From contig CBDCWI010000001.1 in the NCBI GenBank assembly GCA_965223325.1, positions 1-64,000 of the forward strand: a stretch of DNA of 64,000 nucleotides. The letters are read 5' to 3'. Origin of the DNA: Candidatus Multivoradales bacterium. Lineage in GTDB: Bacteria > Acidobacteriota > Thermoanaerobaculia > Multivoradales > Multivoraceae. Both the position numbers and the translations under genes were made by a program. Below the pieces are notes generated by a model. It ran no database searches, had not been told where the DNA came from, and saw only the letters and a list, made by a program, of their open reading frames with translations. How positions within the stretch are numbered: position 1 is the stretch's first letter; every line of letters begins with the position of its first letter. Below are positions 54,515 to 63,421 of the stretch, piece after piece.

Positions 54515-54672
54515 AGACTGGACCTGGATGCGGCTTGCTGACTGGAGGTCTCGCGCTGGTCTGGTGCCTGGCCGATACGCGGACCGCGCTGATAACAACC
54601 CTCATGACTATTGGCGGGGTAGCGATGGGGGCGATTGTCGCCATGCTCGCCGAGGAGGCAAAGAAGAAGTGA
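54511..54672 (+). CDS. Small membrane protein (copy 2)
   Basis: Same as 7802-7963. Confidence 0.55.
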   Translation: MKTGPGCGLLTGGLALVWCLADTRTALITTLMTIGGVAMGAIVAMLAEEAKKK

Positions 54673-54932
54673 GCGTTGCAGAACACATCGATCCCAACCT
54701 GCCCCCTTCTGTCGAAGAGCTCGCCCAGGAACTGAACCAGATGATCACGATCGACCAGGCTGCAGAGAAGATCTCTTGGCTGACTGATCATCAGATCCGG
54801 CATCAGGTCCGGGCGTGCAAGAAGAACGGGCTCCTAGAGTGTGGCGGCGTCTGGAGACCGCCTGGAGTGAGGAAGGTGATGATCAACTGGCCGCGCTACG
54901 TGGTGTGGCTGCGGAAGGGAGGGACGGTCTAG
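54669..54932 (+). CDS. Excisionase-like protein (copy 2)
   Basis: Same as 7960-8223. Confidence 0.6.
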   Translation: MSVAEHIDPNLPPSVEELAQELNQMITIDQAAEKISWLTDHQIRHQVRACKKNGLLECGGVWRPPGVRKVMINWPRYVVWLRKGGTV

Positions 54933-55175
54933 ATGGAGCAGCAGAACGAGCAGAGGGTCGCTGAATTCCTGGATGAGCTCTCGGCTCTGACGCGCAAACA
55001 CAAGATTGTGATTGGAGGTTGCGGCTGCTGCGGATCACCTTTCCTCGAAGTGCTGGACGAGGAGGTTCCTGGGTCCGACCGTTACAAGGCTGACAGTGGC
55101 GACAGGGTTGGTGACCCATGGAGAGACTTGGAGCACACCTCTCAGTGCGGCGCCGCATCCCGAGCCAAATCATGA
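54933..55175 (+). CDS. Hypothetical protein (copy 2)
   Basis: Same as 8224-8466. Confidence 0.6.
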   Translation: MEQQNEQRVAEFLDELSALTRKHKIVIGGCGCCGSPFLEVLDEEVPGSDRYKADSGDRVGDPWRDLEHTSQCGAASRAKS

Positions 55176-56206
55176 ATCCGGTCCCTCACAAGGTGCGCGT
55201 AGCGCATGGTCGACTGGAGACTCTTGTGCCCCAGGACCTGCCCGATCTCGATCAGCGTCGCACCGCGCTCCGCGAGGCGAGACGCGCAGGTGTGCCGCAG
55301 ATCGTGGAAGCGAAACGAGGCCTCGATTCCTGCCCGTACCTTCGCCGAGTTCCACGCCTTGCGCGGAAAGTGGCAGTGCCCACGCTCTTCGAAAACGAAA
55401 TCGTCAGGAGCGAGCGCCATGTCGCTGCACCAATCGTCCATCACGGAGATGGCGAGCTCGGAGAGCCCGACGCTGCGGTGAGTCTTGTTCTTGGTCTGCA
55501 TGAGGTAGACGATCCTAGATTCGAGGTCGAGATCGCGCCGCAGAAGGCCAAGCAGCTTCCCCTCTCGAGCCCCGGTGCAGATCCCGAGAACGACCAGCGG
55601 ATAGAGGCGCGGCGAGCATCGTGCGGGCTTCTCTGGCCGGCACGCGGCCAGGAGGGCCGCCACCTCGTCATCGGTGAGAAACCGATCTCGCCCGGGGGCG
55701 AGCTTCCCGATGGCCAGGCTCTCGATCGGACTCCGTTCCACGAATCGCTCGCTGGCCGCGAAGGCGAACGAGCGCTTGAGAACACGCAGGTAGTGAATGC
55801 GGGTGTTCGGCGCCTGCCTACCTCGAGCGCCAGGACGGTCAGGCCGGCGTGCGGCAATCCGCTCCCATGCGTCGCGCACCATCTGCGGCGTGAGGAGCGG
55901 CACGGGCAGCGTCCCGAGCTCCGAGCGCCACTCCGCCAGGCGCTGTCGGCAGTCCCGTGCGTAAGCGTCCGACCGACCCTCCAGACCACTGGCCAGGAAG
56001 TGATCGAAGACGTCAGCCACCTTGAGCTGGCCGGCGACGATCCCAGAGACATCGCCGAGCCGGATCTTCGTCTCGGTAGCCGTCGCCCAGGCCTCCCCGT
56101 CCCTCTTTCGCTGGAAGGTTTCGGACAGGTCGACACCCTTCATCCGGATGCGAAAGCGGTGCGAGACGCTGCCATTCTTGGCGACTCGGCGGGCATAGCT
56201 GGCCAT
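55142..56206 (-). CDS. int: Tyrosine integrase (copy 2)
   Basis: Same as 8433-9497; next to the intact tRNA. Confidence 0.95.
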   Translation of the reverse strand: MASYARRVAKNGSVSHRFRIRMKGVDLSETFQRKRDGEAWATATETKIRLGDVSGIVAGQLKVADVFDHFLASGLEGRSDAYARDCRQRLAEWRSELGTLPVPLLTPQMVRDAWERIAARRPDRPGARGRQAPNTRIHYLRVLKRSFAFAASERFVERSPIESLAIGKLAPGRDRFLTDDEVAALLAACRPEKPARCSPRLYPLVVLGICTGAREGKLLGLLRRDLDLESRIVYLMQTKNKTHRSVGLSELAISVMDDWCSDMALAPDDFVFEERGHCHFPRKAWNSAKVRAGIEASFRFHDLRHTCASRLAERGATLIEIGQVLGHKSLQSTMRYAHLVRDRIHDLARDAAPH

Positions 56207-56298
56207 CGTTCCCCCCAAAACTATTATCTGCAGTGGCCCATATTGGCCCACGCGGTGTTTTGGGAGTCTAGCCGATCTTTCGAAGTTGCCGTCTTTTC

Positions 56299-56375
56299 TG
56301 GTGCGCCCGGCAGGATTCGAACCTGCGACCTACGGTTTAGGAAACCGGTGCTCTATCCTGCTGAGCTACGGGCGC
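56299..56375 (-). tRNA. tRNA-Arg(CCT), phage integration target
   Basis: GCGCCCGTAGCTCAGCAGGATAGAGCACCGGTTTCCTAAACCGTAGGTCGCAGGTTCGAATCCTGCCGGGCGCACCA, 77-nt cloverleaf with encoded CCA. Confidence 0.97.
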
Positions 56376-56390
56376 CTCGCGCAAGCGCAG

Positions 56391-56419
56391 ATCGTAGCGC
56401 GTCGCAAAATTGTAGACAA
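56391..56419 (-). promoter_or_regulatory. Sigma70-type tRNA promoter
   Basis: TTGTCT-17-TACGAT with a GC-rich discriminator before the tRNA. Confidence 0.6.
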
Positions 56420-56528
56420 CACGGCAAAGGAGTGTGAGGAAGGCGAAAGGCCCGTCGTAGGGCGCTCCGACGCAGAAACACCGAGATCCTCCCAGGGTTG
56501 AGCCCTCCAGCGCCGTAGCCCGAAGGGA

Positions 56529-56959
56529 CCAATCACTCCACCAAGTCGCCGAAGGCGCGCGCACGAGTGCGCGATGTGCGAAGCACGAGCGAGCAAGTCC
56601 AGCCATCCGGCTCCGAAACCGATCACTCCGCGCAAGTCGCCGAAGGCGCGCGCATGAGTGCGCGATGTGCGAAGCACGAGCGAGCGAGACCAACCATCCG
56701 GCTCCGAAGCCAATCACTCGGCGCAGGTCGCCGAAGGCGCGCGCATGAATGCGCGATGTGCGAAGCACGAGCGAGCAAGACCAGCCATCCGGCTCCGAAA
56801 CCAATCACTCCGCGCAAGTCGCCGAAGGCGCGCGCACGAGTGCGCGATGTGCGAAGCACGAGCGAGCAAGACCAGCCATCCGGCTCCGAAACCAATCACT
56901 CCGCGCAAGTCGCCGAAGGCGCGCGCACGAGTGCGCGATGTGCGAAGCACGAGCGAGCA
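56529..56959. repeat. Tandem array of 91-bp palindromic units (about 4.7 copies)
   Basis: Units start at 56531, 56621, 56712, 56803 and 56894; near-identical, with no spacers. Confidence 0.92.
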
Positions 56960-56996
56960 CCCCCCTCACCAACCCCGTTGTGCGCAGACTCCGAAA

Positions 56997-57286
56997 GGGC
57001 GGGAGGTGGAGCTTCGGGACTGCCCGCGGAGCAGTCAGACGGTAAAGGCGCAGGATCCAGCTTAGGGGCGCACGGGGTGCGGGGCGGATCAGGGTGGGCA
57101 AGTGTTTGAGCGGAGCGCCCACCCGAAGACCGGGCGGCATCGAACGCAGATGAATCGTCGAGGTCCACCGCACTCCCAGCGAAGCGCAGCGAGTTTTGCC
57201 CACCCCCGCCCCGCGCCCCGGGCACCCCTTAGCTGGATGCGCCGGCCGTCGCGGAGCGGGCAGTGCCGAAGCTCCACCTCCCGCCC
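56997..57286. repeat. MITE/REPIN-like long imperfect inverted repeat
   Basis: GGGCGGGAGGTGGAGCTTCGG.ACTGCCCGC and ATCCAGCT.AGGGG.GC.CGGGG.GCGGGGCGG are each mirrored at the right end. Confidence 0.7.
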
Positions 57287-57421
57287 GGCGCCCTGGCACA
57301 CCCACACAACCCCACACTCCCGCCCACGCCTACAACGCCCACGCCTACAGGCCCCCACCCTGCGAGCTCCGCGTATTCCAGACTCGGCACTCTCACCGGA
57401 TCAGTGAGCGCACAACTCCAC

Positions 57422-58084
57422 TCAAGTGCCCTCGCCGCCCGGCCGCTCGAACCCATGTCGGCCGAGCAACGGCACAAACGACACCGCCTCGCCGACGCGT
57501 TTCTTGGCGGCGCCCCAGGCGTCACGCTCGAGCAATACCAGACGCTGATTGCCGTGCTCACCCACCGGAATGACCATCCGGCCCCGTGGGGCGAGCTGCT
57601 CGATGAGCGGGGGTGGAACATCCGGCGCCCCAGCGGTGACCAGGATGCGATCGTATGGCGCCCGATCGCTGAAGCCGATCGAGCCATCGAAGACCTGGAT
57701 CTTGACGTTGTCGAACCCGAGTGTCTGGATCCGCTGGACTGCCTGCCGGGCCAGCGCCGACACCCGTTCAATGCTGTACACCACGCGCGCCAGCTGGGCC
57801 AGGACTGCCGTCTGGTAGCCAGAACCCGTACCAATCTCGAGCACGCTGTGCTCCTTCTCGAGCTCGAGCAACTCGGTCATCCGAGCGACGATCCAGGGAG
57901 CGGAGATGGTCTGCCCTTCCCCGATCCTAAGGGCGTAGTCCTTGTAGGCGCGTGCCCCAAGGGCTTTGTCGACAAAGTCGTGACGCGGCACCGCACGCAT
58001 CGCCTCGAGCACCCGCTGATCACGGATTCCCTTCGCTTCGAGATCGCGCAGCATCCGGTCGCGAGCGTAGTCCAGCCCAACCAT
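57422..58084 (-). CDS. pcm: Protein-L-isoaspartate O-methyltransferase
   Basis: VPRH.F, GQTISAP, VLEIGTGSGYQTAVLA, APYDRILVTA; follows surE. Confidence 0.96.
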   Translation of the reverse strand: MVGLDYARDRMLRDLEAKGIRDQRVLEAMRAVPRHDFVDKALGARAYKDYALRIGEGQTISAPWIVARMTELLELEKEHSVLEIGTGSGYQTAVLAQLARVVYSIERVSALARQAVQRIQTLGFDNVKIQVFDGSIGFSDRAPYDRILVTAGAPDVPPPLIEQLAPRGRMVIPVGEHGNQRLVLLERDAWGAAKKRVGEAVSFVPLLGRHGFERPGGEGT

Positions 58085-58092
58085 GGCTGCCC

Positions 58093-58884
58093 TCAGCGCG
58101 CTCCGGCCGGCGCGGAGAGACGGCGGTGCCAGGCCGCGCGCTTCTCGAGCTGGGCGAAGTCGGTCAGGTCGAGATGGAGCGGGGTGACCGAAATCACGCC
58201 GTGTTCGAGCGCATCGTGATCCGTCCCCTCGCCACCCTGCCACTCAGGGCGGCCACCGATCCAGTAGTACGAGCGCCCCCTCGGGTCCTCCTTCTCGACG
58301 ACGACTTCGCGGTAGAACCGCCGACCGAGGCGGGTCATCGACCAACCTTCGAAGTCGCCCGCCGGGAAGTTCACGTTGAGCAGGAGCGACGGCTCGAGTG
58401 GGTCCCCCAGAAGAGTTCTGACGAGCTCCGCGGCCCACTCCGCGGCGCGCTCGTAGGAGTACTCGCCACCGGTGTCTTGGCTGAACCCGACCGCCGGTAC
58501 TTCGAGCAGATGTGCCTCGAAGGCTGCTCCGAGGGTGCCCGAGTAGGTGACGTCGTCGCCAATGTTGAGCCCGGCGTTGATTCCCGAAACCACCATCTTG
58601 ATCTCGCGGTCGGCAAGTAGATGATGCAGGGCGAGGTTGACGCAGTCGGTGGGCGTCCCATCGACCGCAAAGCGACCATCAGGAAGCTCTCGCGCCCGCA
58701 GGGGATGATGCAGGGTGATTGAGTGACTGCTGCCCGACCGCTCACGATCCGGTGCCACGACCCATACGTGGGCGATCTCGGCAAGGGCATCAGCGAGCGC
58801 CGTCAGCCCTTCGGCGAACACACCGTCGTCATTCGAGAGGACGATCTCGGGCTTCTCGCCAGTCGGCATGTTCTTGCGGGTCAT
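58093..58884 (-). CDS. surE: 5'/3'-nucleotidase SurE
   Basis: LSNDDG, VVAPD, DGTPTDCV, VSGINAG.N, YSGT, SVTPL. Confidence 0.96.
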   Translation of the reverse strand: MTRKNMPTGEKPEIVLSNDDGVFAEGLTALADALAEIAHVWVVAPDRERSGSSHSITLHHPLRARELPDGRFAVDGTPTDCVNLALHHLLADREIKMVVSGINAGLNIGDDVTYSGTLGAAFEAHLLEVPAVGFSQDTGGEYSYERAAEWAAELVRTLLGDPLEPSLLLNVNFPAGDFEGWSMTRLGRRFYREVVVEKEDPRGRSYYWIGGRPEWQGGEGTDHDALEHGVISVTPLHLDLTDFAQLEKRAAWHRRLSAPAGAR

Positions 58885-58996
58885 CTCGTTCTCGTTCCCT
58901 GGCGAGGTTCGCCGCTCGGCGAGCGCCTACCTGAAACTCGACATTGTTGGGTTCTGCTAGACGGGGTGCTCTTTCAGGTCGCACAACGACCTGGCT

Positions 58997-59926
58997 TCAG
59001 TTCTTGATCGCCTCGACAATATCGAGCGCCGTAGCCAGAGCGCGGCGGGCCGCGTGGCCATCTACCGCCGCGACATCTTCTCCGCCACAGGTTGCCAGGA
59101 AGCACTCGAGCTCAGCCCGCAGAGGCTCCTGCGGTTCGATCTCGAACGTCTCGGGCACAATCGCGCGCCCCAGCGCCTCCTGCGGGGCGCTCTCGAGCCG
59201 CGCTCCACTGAGACTCTGGTGTTGGTAGTCGAGCGAATAGTAGCGCTCTGAGTAGAAAGCTCGCAGTTGCCGGACACGCTCAGCCGAAACCCGTGAGGCG
59301 GTCACGTTGGCGACACACCCCGACCCGAATTCGAGCCGCACATCGGCAATGTCAATACGCGGCGACAGGACCTCGATTCCCATCGCGCGGACCTCCTCGA
59401 TGGCGGACGCGTCGAGGGCGTGGAGAATCTGGATGTCGTGAATCATCAGGTCGAGGACCACATCAATGTCGAGGCTGCGCGGGGAGAACACCGAAAGCCG
59501 ATCGATCTCGACAAACCGAGGCGTCTCTCCCACCGCCAGGAGCGCCTGAACCGCCGGATTGAAGAACTCGACATGGCCGACCGACAAAACACGGTCCCCG
59601 GCCGCGGCGAGCAGCTGATCTGCCTCCTCCAGGCTCGCCGCGATGGGTTTCTCGATCAGAACATGCACCCCGGCCTCGAGCAGCTGACATCCGAGCTCGG
59701 CGTGGTGAATGGTCGGTGCGGCGACGACCACCGCCTCGACTTCTGCTGCCAGGCTGGCAACGTCTGGGAACACCCGTGCACCGAACTCTTCGGACACCGC
59801 GCTCGAGGTCTCGGGGTTCGAATCGTAGATTCCGACCAGCTGCGAACCGTCCAAATGCGTCAGGATTCGGGTGTGATGCCGACCGAGTGCGCCAGTACCG
59901 ACAACGCCAGTGCGTAGTGTCTTCAT
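58997..59926 (-). CDS. Gfo/Idh/MocA oxidoreductase (GnnA-like)
   Basis: GVVGTG.LG, LIEKP, VGHVE.FNPA, DVVLDLMIHD; directly after lpxA. Confidence 0.88.
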   Translation of the reverse strand: MKTLRTGVVGTGALGRHHTRILTHLDGSQLVGIYDSNPETSSAVSEEFGARVFPDVASLAAEVEAVVVAAPTIHHAELGCQLLEAGVHVLIEKPIAASLEEADQLLAAAGDRVLSVGHVEFFNPAVQALLAVGETPRFVEIDRLSVFSPRSLDIDVVLDLMIHDIQILHALDASAIEEVRAMGIEVLSPRIDIADVRLEFGSGCVANVTASRVSAERVRQLRAFYSERYYSLDYQHQSLSGARLESAPQEALGRAIVPETFEIEPQEPLRAELECFLATCGGEDVAAVDGHAARRALATALDIVEAIKN

Positions 59927-59999
59927 TCAGAAGATGTCCAGTGCAGAGAGTGCATGACGAGACAGGCCGATCGCGAAGGGAGACGATCGTTGGACCTCA

Positions 60000-60809
60000 T
60001 CACCCGGCGCCCCGGGCACCGCGCCGGCCGGCCTTGATGACCCCTCGCTCACTCGAGCGAATGAACTCGAGCAAGACCTCCACCGAAGGATCGCCGGCGT
60101 GGTCGCGCTCGAGTGCCTCGACGGCCTGGGTCGTGTTCAACGACGAACGCAGGAGAACCCTGAACGCCCTCTGTAGTGATCGAATCTGCGCACCGTCGAA
60201 ACCTCGCCGCTCGAGACCGATTCGGTTGACTCCGTAACACTGTGGCTTCTGCCCCACCGTCGTGGCGAACGGCAGGGCATCCATCGTCACAATGGTGTAC
60301 CCGCCGACGTAGGCGTGCTGCCCGAGTCGACAAAAGGGGTGCATCGAACTGAACGCCCCGAGCGTCGCCCAGTCTTCGACAACGCAATGCCCTCCGGCGG
60401 TGGCATTGTTGATGAACACCGTCTGATCACCGATCACGCAGTCGTGAGCGACGTGAGCGCCAGTCAAGAACAGATTGTCAGCGCCAATGGTCGTGCGGCC
60501 ACCGCCGAAGCCGGTGCCGCGGTTGATCGTTGTGTACTCCCTGAAGTGATTGCGAGCCCCGACGATCAACCAGGTCTCCTCACCCTCGAACTTCTTGTCC
60601 TGAGGATCGGTACCGACCGACGCCTGGCCATGGATCACGTTGTCGGCACCAATCTCGGACGGACCCATGACCTGAGCCTGAGGGCCAATGCGGCAGCGGT
60701 CGCCTACCTGAGTGTTGGGCCCGATGTAGGCAAAGGGCCCGACCCAGACGTCTCTTCCGAGCTCTGCGCCCGGATCGACGACCGCCGTTGGGTGAATCGA
60801 CACAGCCAT
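60000..60809 (-). CDS. lpxA: UDP-N-acetylglucosamine acyltransferase
   Basis: IHPTAVV, PQDKKF.GE, RE..TINRGT, HVAHDC, G.N.IGLERRGF. Confidence 0.96.
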   Translation of the reverse strand: MAVSIHPTAVVDPGAELGRDVWVGPFAYIGPNTQVGDRCRIGPQAQVMGPSEIGADNVIHGQASVGTDPQDKKFEGEETWLIVGARNHFREYTTINRGTGFGGGRTTIGADNLFLTGAHVAHDCVIGDQTVFINNATAGGHCVVEDWATLGAFSSMHPFCRLGQHAYVGGYTIVTMDALPFATTVGQKPQCYGVNRIGLERRGFDGAQIRSLQRAFRVLLRSSLNTTQAVEALERDHAGDPSVEVLLEFIRSSERGVIKAGRRGARGAG

Positions 60810-60817
60810 CCCGGTCG

Positions 60818-61273
60818 CTACCCCACCCGAACCGAGTGGCACGTCGCCTCGGCAGCGACCTCGCCGTCGACCATGGCCTTGCCCGCAAAACGCACATGTC
60901 GCGGGCGAAAGCGCAGCACGTCGATCTCGAGCCGCACCTGATCTCCCGGAACCACTGGCCGTCGGAAGCGCGCCTTCTCGATGCCCGCGAACAGAAACAA
61001 CGAGTCGGCGGCAGAGCCCACCGCCAGAATCGCCAGAATGCCGGCGGTCTGCGCCATGGCTTCAATCAGAATGACTCCTGGCATGATCGGTTTGCCGGGG
61101 AAATGACCTTCGAAGAACGCCTCGTTCGCGGTCACGTTCTTGATACCAACGATCCTCTTTTCGGGTTCGACGGAGACGATGCGGTCCACGAGCAGCATCG
61201 GATACCTATGCGGCAGGATGGATTGAATCTCGGTGACCCCGAACGGGGTTTCTGGAATCTCGAGGGCACTCAA
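60818..61273 (-). CDS. fabZ: 3-hydroxyacyl-ACP dehydratase
   Basis: LPHRYPMLLVDR, FFEGHFPG.PIMPGV..IEAMAQ. Confidence 0.97.
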   Translation of the reverse strand: MSALEIPETPFGVTEIQSILPHRYPMLLVDRIVSVEPEKRIVGIKNVTANEAFFEGHFPGKPIMPGVILIEAMAQTAGILAILAVGSAADSLFLFAGIEKARFRRPVVPGDQVRLEIDVLRFRPRHVRFAGKAMVDGEVAAEATCHSVRVG

Positions 61274-62328
61274 CGATCTTTCTCCTCATCTAACACGCGT
61301 TCGGCGTCTCTCTCCTCTAGAACCTTCTCGAGATGCCGTACTCGCCGGCGTAGGTCGTCGAGTCGTTGCAGCCCCACCGCCTGACGCCGCCAACCGGCGA
61401 TCGGTTGGGCGGGAATCCCGGCCACCGTCGCACCCGCCTCGACACCCTGAAACACTGCCGTCTTTGCCGCCACCTGCGCGCCATCACCAATCGACAGGTG
61501 CCCGGCGGAGCCAGACTGACCACCCATCACGACGCCATCGCCGAGGGTCGCGCTCCCCGAGATTCCCACCTGTCCACAAAGAATGCAACCGCGCCCCAGA
61601 ACGACGTTGTGCCCGATCTGCACGAGATTGTCGACTTTGGTCCCGGCGCCGATACGAGTCGCCGTCAAGGTCGCGCGGTCGACTGTCGAGTTGGCACCGA
61701 TCTCGACGTCTTCCCCCACCTCGACGGTTCCCACCTGTGGCAGCTTGATTCGCGCGCCCGCTGACTCCGCGTACCCAAAACCGTCGGCACCGATGACGGC
61801 ACCGGCATGCAGAATGGTGCGTGCCCCGAGGACCGTTCCGTCGTAGAGCGTCACATGGGGATGAAGGACAGAACCCTCGCCGAGCAGGCAACGCTCACCA
61901 ATCACGCTATGCGCTCGCACCACGACGCCGGCCTCGATCTGACTGCCTGCTCCGACGACTGCGAACGGACCGATCGAGGCGCTCTCGTCGACCGCGGCGT
62001 CATCGTCGACGACCGCGGTGGGGTGCACTCCCGCCGCCACCGAAGGCTCCGGATGAAGGTAGGCCAGGATCTTCGCCAGGCCGAGGTACGGATCTTCCGC
62101 CACCAGAAGTGGCCGGTCTGCCAACAACGGCGCAACTTCGGGTGAGACCAGAAGAGCACCGGCACGCGACACCTGGGCCGCATCGCGATAGCCCGGCGAA
62201 GTCACAAACGAGAGATGGTCGGCCTCGGCCTCAGCCAGCGGCCGAACGGCACGTATTTCCAACTCGCCCGGGCCTTCAACCCGGGCCCCGGCAGCGCTCG
62301 CCAGGTCGACCAGCCGAACGACACCCAC
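61270..62328 (-). CDS. lpxD: UDP-3-O-acylglucosamine N-acyltransferase
   Basis: Hexapeptide repeats, IGADGFGY, VEIGANSTVDR, KVDNLVQIGHN; probable GTG start. Confidence 0.95.
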   Translation of the reverse strand: MGVVRLVDLASAAGARVEGPGELEIRAVRPLAEAEADHLSFVTSPGYRDAAQVSRAGALLVSPEVAPLLADRPLLVAEDPYLGLAKILAYLHPEPSVAAGVHPTAVVDDDAAVDESASIGPFAVVGAGSQIEAGVVVRAHSVIGERCLLGEGSVLHPHVTLYDGTVLGARTILHAGAVIGADGFGYAESAGARIKLPQVGTVEVGEDVEIGANSTVDRATLTATRIGAGTKVDNLVQIGHNVVLGRGCILCGQVGISGSATLGDGVVMGGQSGSAGHLSIGDGAQVAAKTAVFQGVEAGATVAGIPAQPIAGWRRQAVGLQRLDDLRRRVRHLEKVLEERDAERVLDEEKDR

Positions 62329-62335
62329 GCCCGCG

Positions 62336-62908
62336 TCAGTTGCCGGTCGAACCGGAGTCCGTCGCGCTCGTGCCGAGGGCGTTGTAACGCTCGACCACCA
62401 GAGCGGTGATATCGGTCGTTGGATCGGCATACACCAACCCACTCTGGAACTTGTTGAAGATCGCCGTGTAGCCGAACTCTGCACCGATCGCGTTGATGAT
62501 CGGCATCACCTCGGCCTCGATCTCCTTGAGCTCATCGAGCTGGCGCTTCTCGAACTCACGCTTCGCGTCATCCTGTGTGCGACGAAGGCGAATCTCGATG
62601 TCCTCGACCTCCTTCTGGAGATCGGCAAGCTTCTCTTGCGACAAGGTCAGGCGACCGTCCTCGAAACGCTTCACCGCCGCGTCCCGCTCGGCAAGGATCG
62701 CCTTGAGCTCAGCCTCCTTCTCGAGCTGCAGCGCTTCGAGCTCCTTGGCGACCGCCTGCGCTCGCGACGAAGACTGCATGACGGCTTCGACATCGAGAAC
62801 GGCGATCTTCTGCTGCGCCGCAGCGGGGCTCACCAAAACGGTCACGATGCCCAGCAACAGAGCAGCCAGGGCCAGAGGACGTGATGTGGAAAAGGCAAGA
62901 CGAATCAT
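62336..62908 (-). CDS. skp: OmpH/Skp periplasmic chaperone
   Basis: Signal peptide, KIAVLD, long coiled coil, YAD...DIT..V; upstream of lpxD. Confidence 0.92.
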   Translation of the reverse strand: MIRLAFSTSRPLALAALLLGIVTVLVSPAAAQQKIAVLDVEAVMQSSSRAQAVAKELEALQLEKEAELKAILAERDAAVKRFEDGRLTLSQEKLADLQKEVEDIEIRLRRTQDDAKREFEKRQLDELKEIEAEVMPIINAIGAEFGYTAIFNKFQSGLVYADPTTDITALVVERYNALGTSATDSGSTGN

Positions 62909-63162
62909 TGTGAAAGCTCCAGGATCCCGAAGAACAAGAGCAGCACCGCGCGGGAGCGGACCACAGCGGGCGAGCGGCCAAGCCGCCCTCGGACTGGGAT
63001 CGAGACGTTGAATGGGGCCCGGCCCGATGACACACCAGCGCGCCAGGCACAGGCATAGGGCCGTTCCGGATAGTTCGCGTATGAGTCAGACATCGTATCA
63101 AGTAGTGCCGAAGTGAACCCCGGGGCACCAAGCCCCAGAGCTGCGGAGATCAAAGGGCCCAG

Positions 63163-63410
63163 GAAGGCACGATCCGCGGCGCGCGACGGGCGACCGAGGT
63201 CCTGGAAAGCAACTACAGGGCGGCCACCAAGGCAGACGGCCCACCCAACAAACGCCCGACCCGGCACATCTGATTCGACCTCGGGCACCGTCACAATCCT
63301 GAGATCAGAAACACAGTTCCAGCGAAGGCACGATCCGCGGCGCGCGACGGGCGCCCGAAGTCCTGGGAAGCTACTGCAGGGCGGCCACCAAGGCAGCCGG
63401 CCCACCCAAC
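63163..63410. repeat. Two 87-bp imperfect direct repeats (63163-63249 and 63324-63410)
   Basis: GAAGGCACGATCCGCGGCGCGCGACGGGCG...CAGGGCGGCCACCAAGGCAG.CGGCCCACCCAAC occurs twice. Confidence 0.85.
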
Positions 63411-63421
63411 GGACCGCTTGG

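Larger units (their letters stand above)
9590..56344. mobile_element. Complete temperate phage unit (46,709-bp period), siphovirus-like
   Basis: att core to att core; int, cI/cro, replication, lysis, TMP, MTP, MCP, portal and terminase all present. Confidence 0.95.
46710..56344. repeat. Direct repeat copy 2 (same as 1-9635)
   Basis: Offset of 46709; identical ORF translations. Confidence 0.97.

Noticed and set aside
56529-56959. CRISPR array
   Set aside because: Whole 91-bp units repeat, with no unique spacers and no cas genes in the window.
56337-57317. Multiple repetitive ORFs
   Set aside because: Translations of the repeat array and the inverted repeat.
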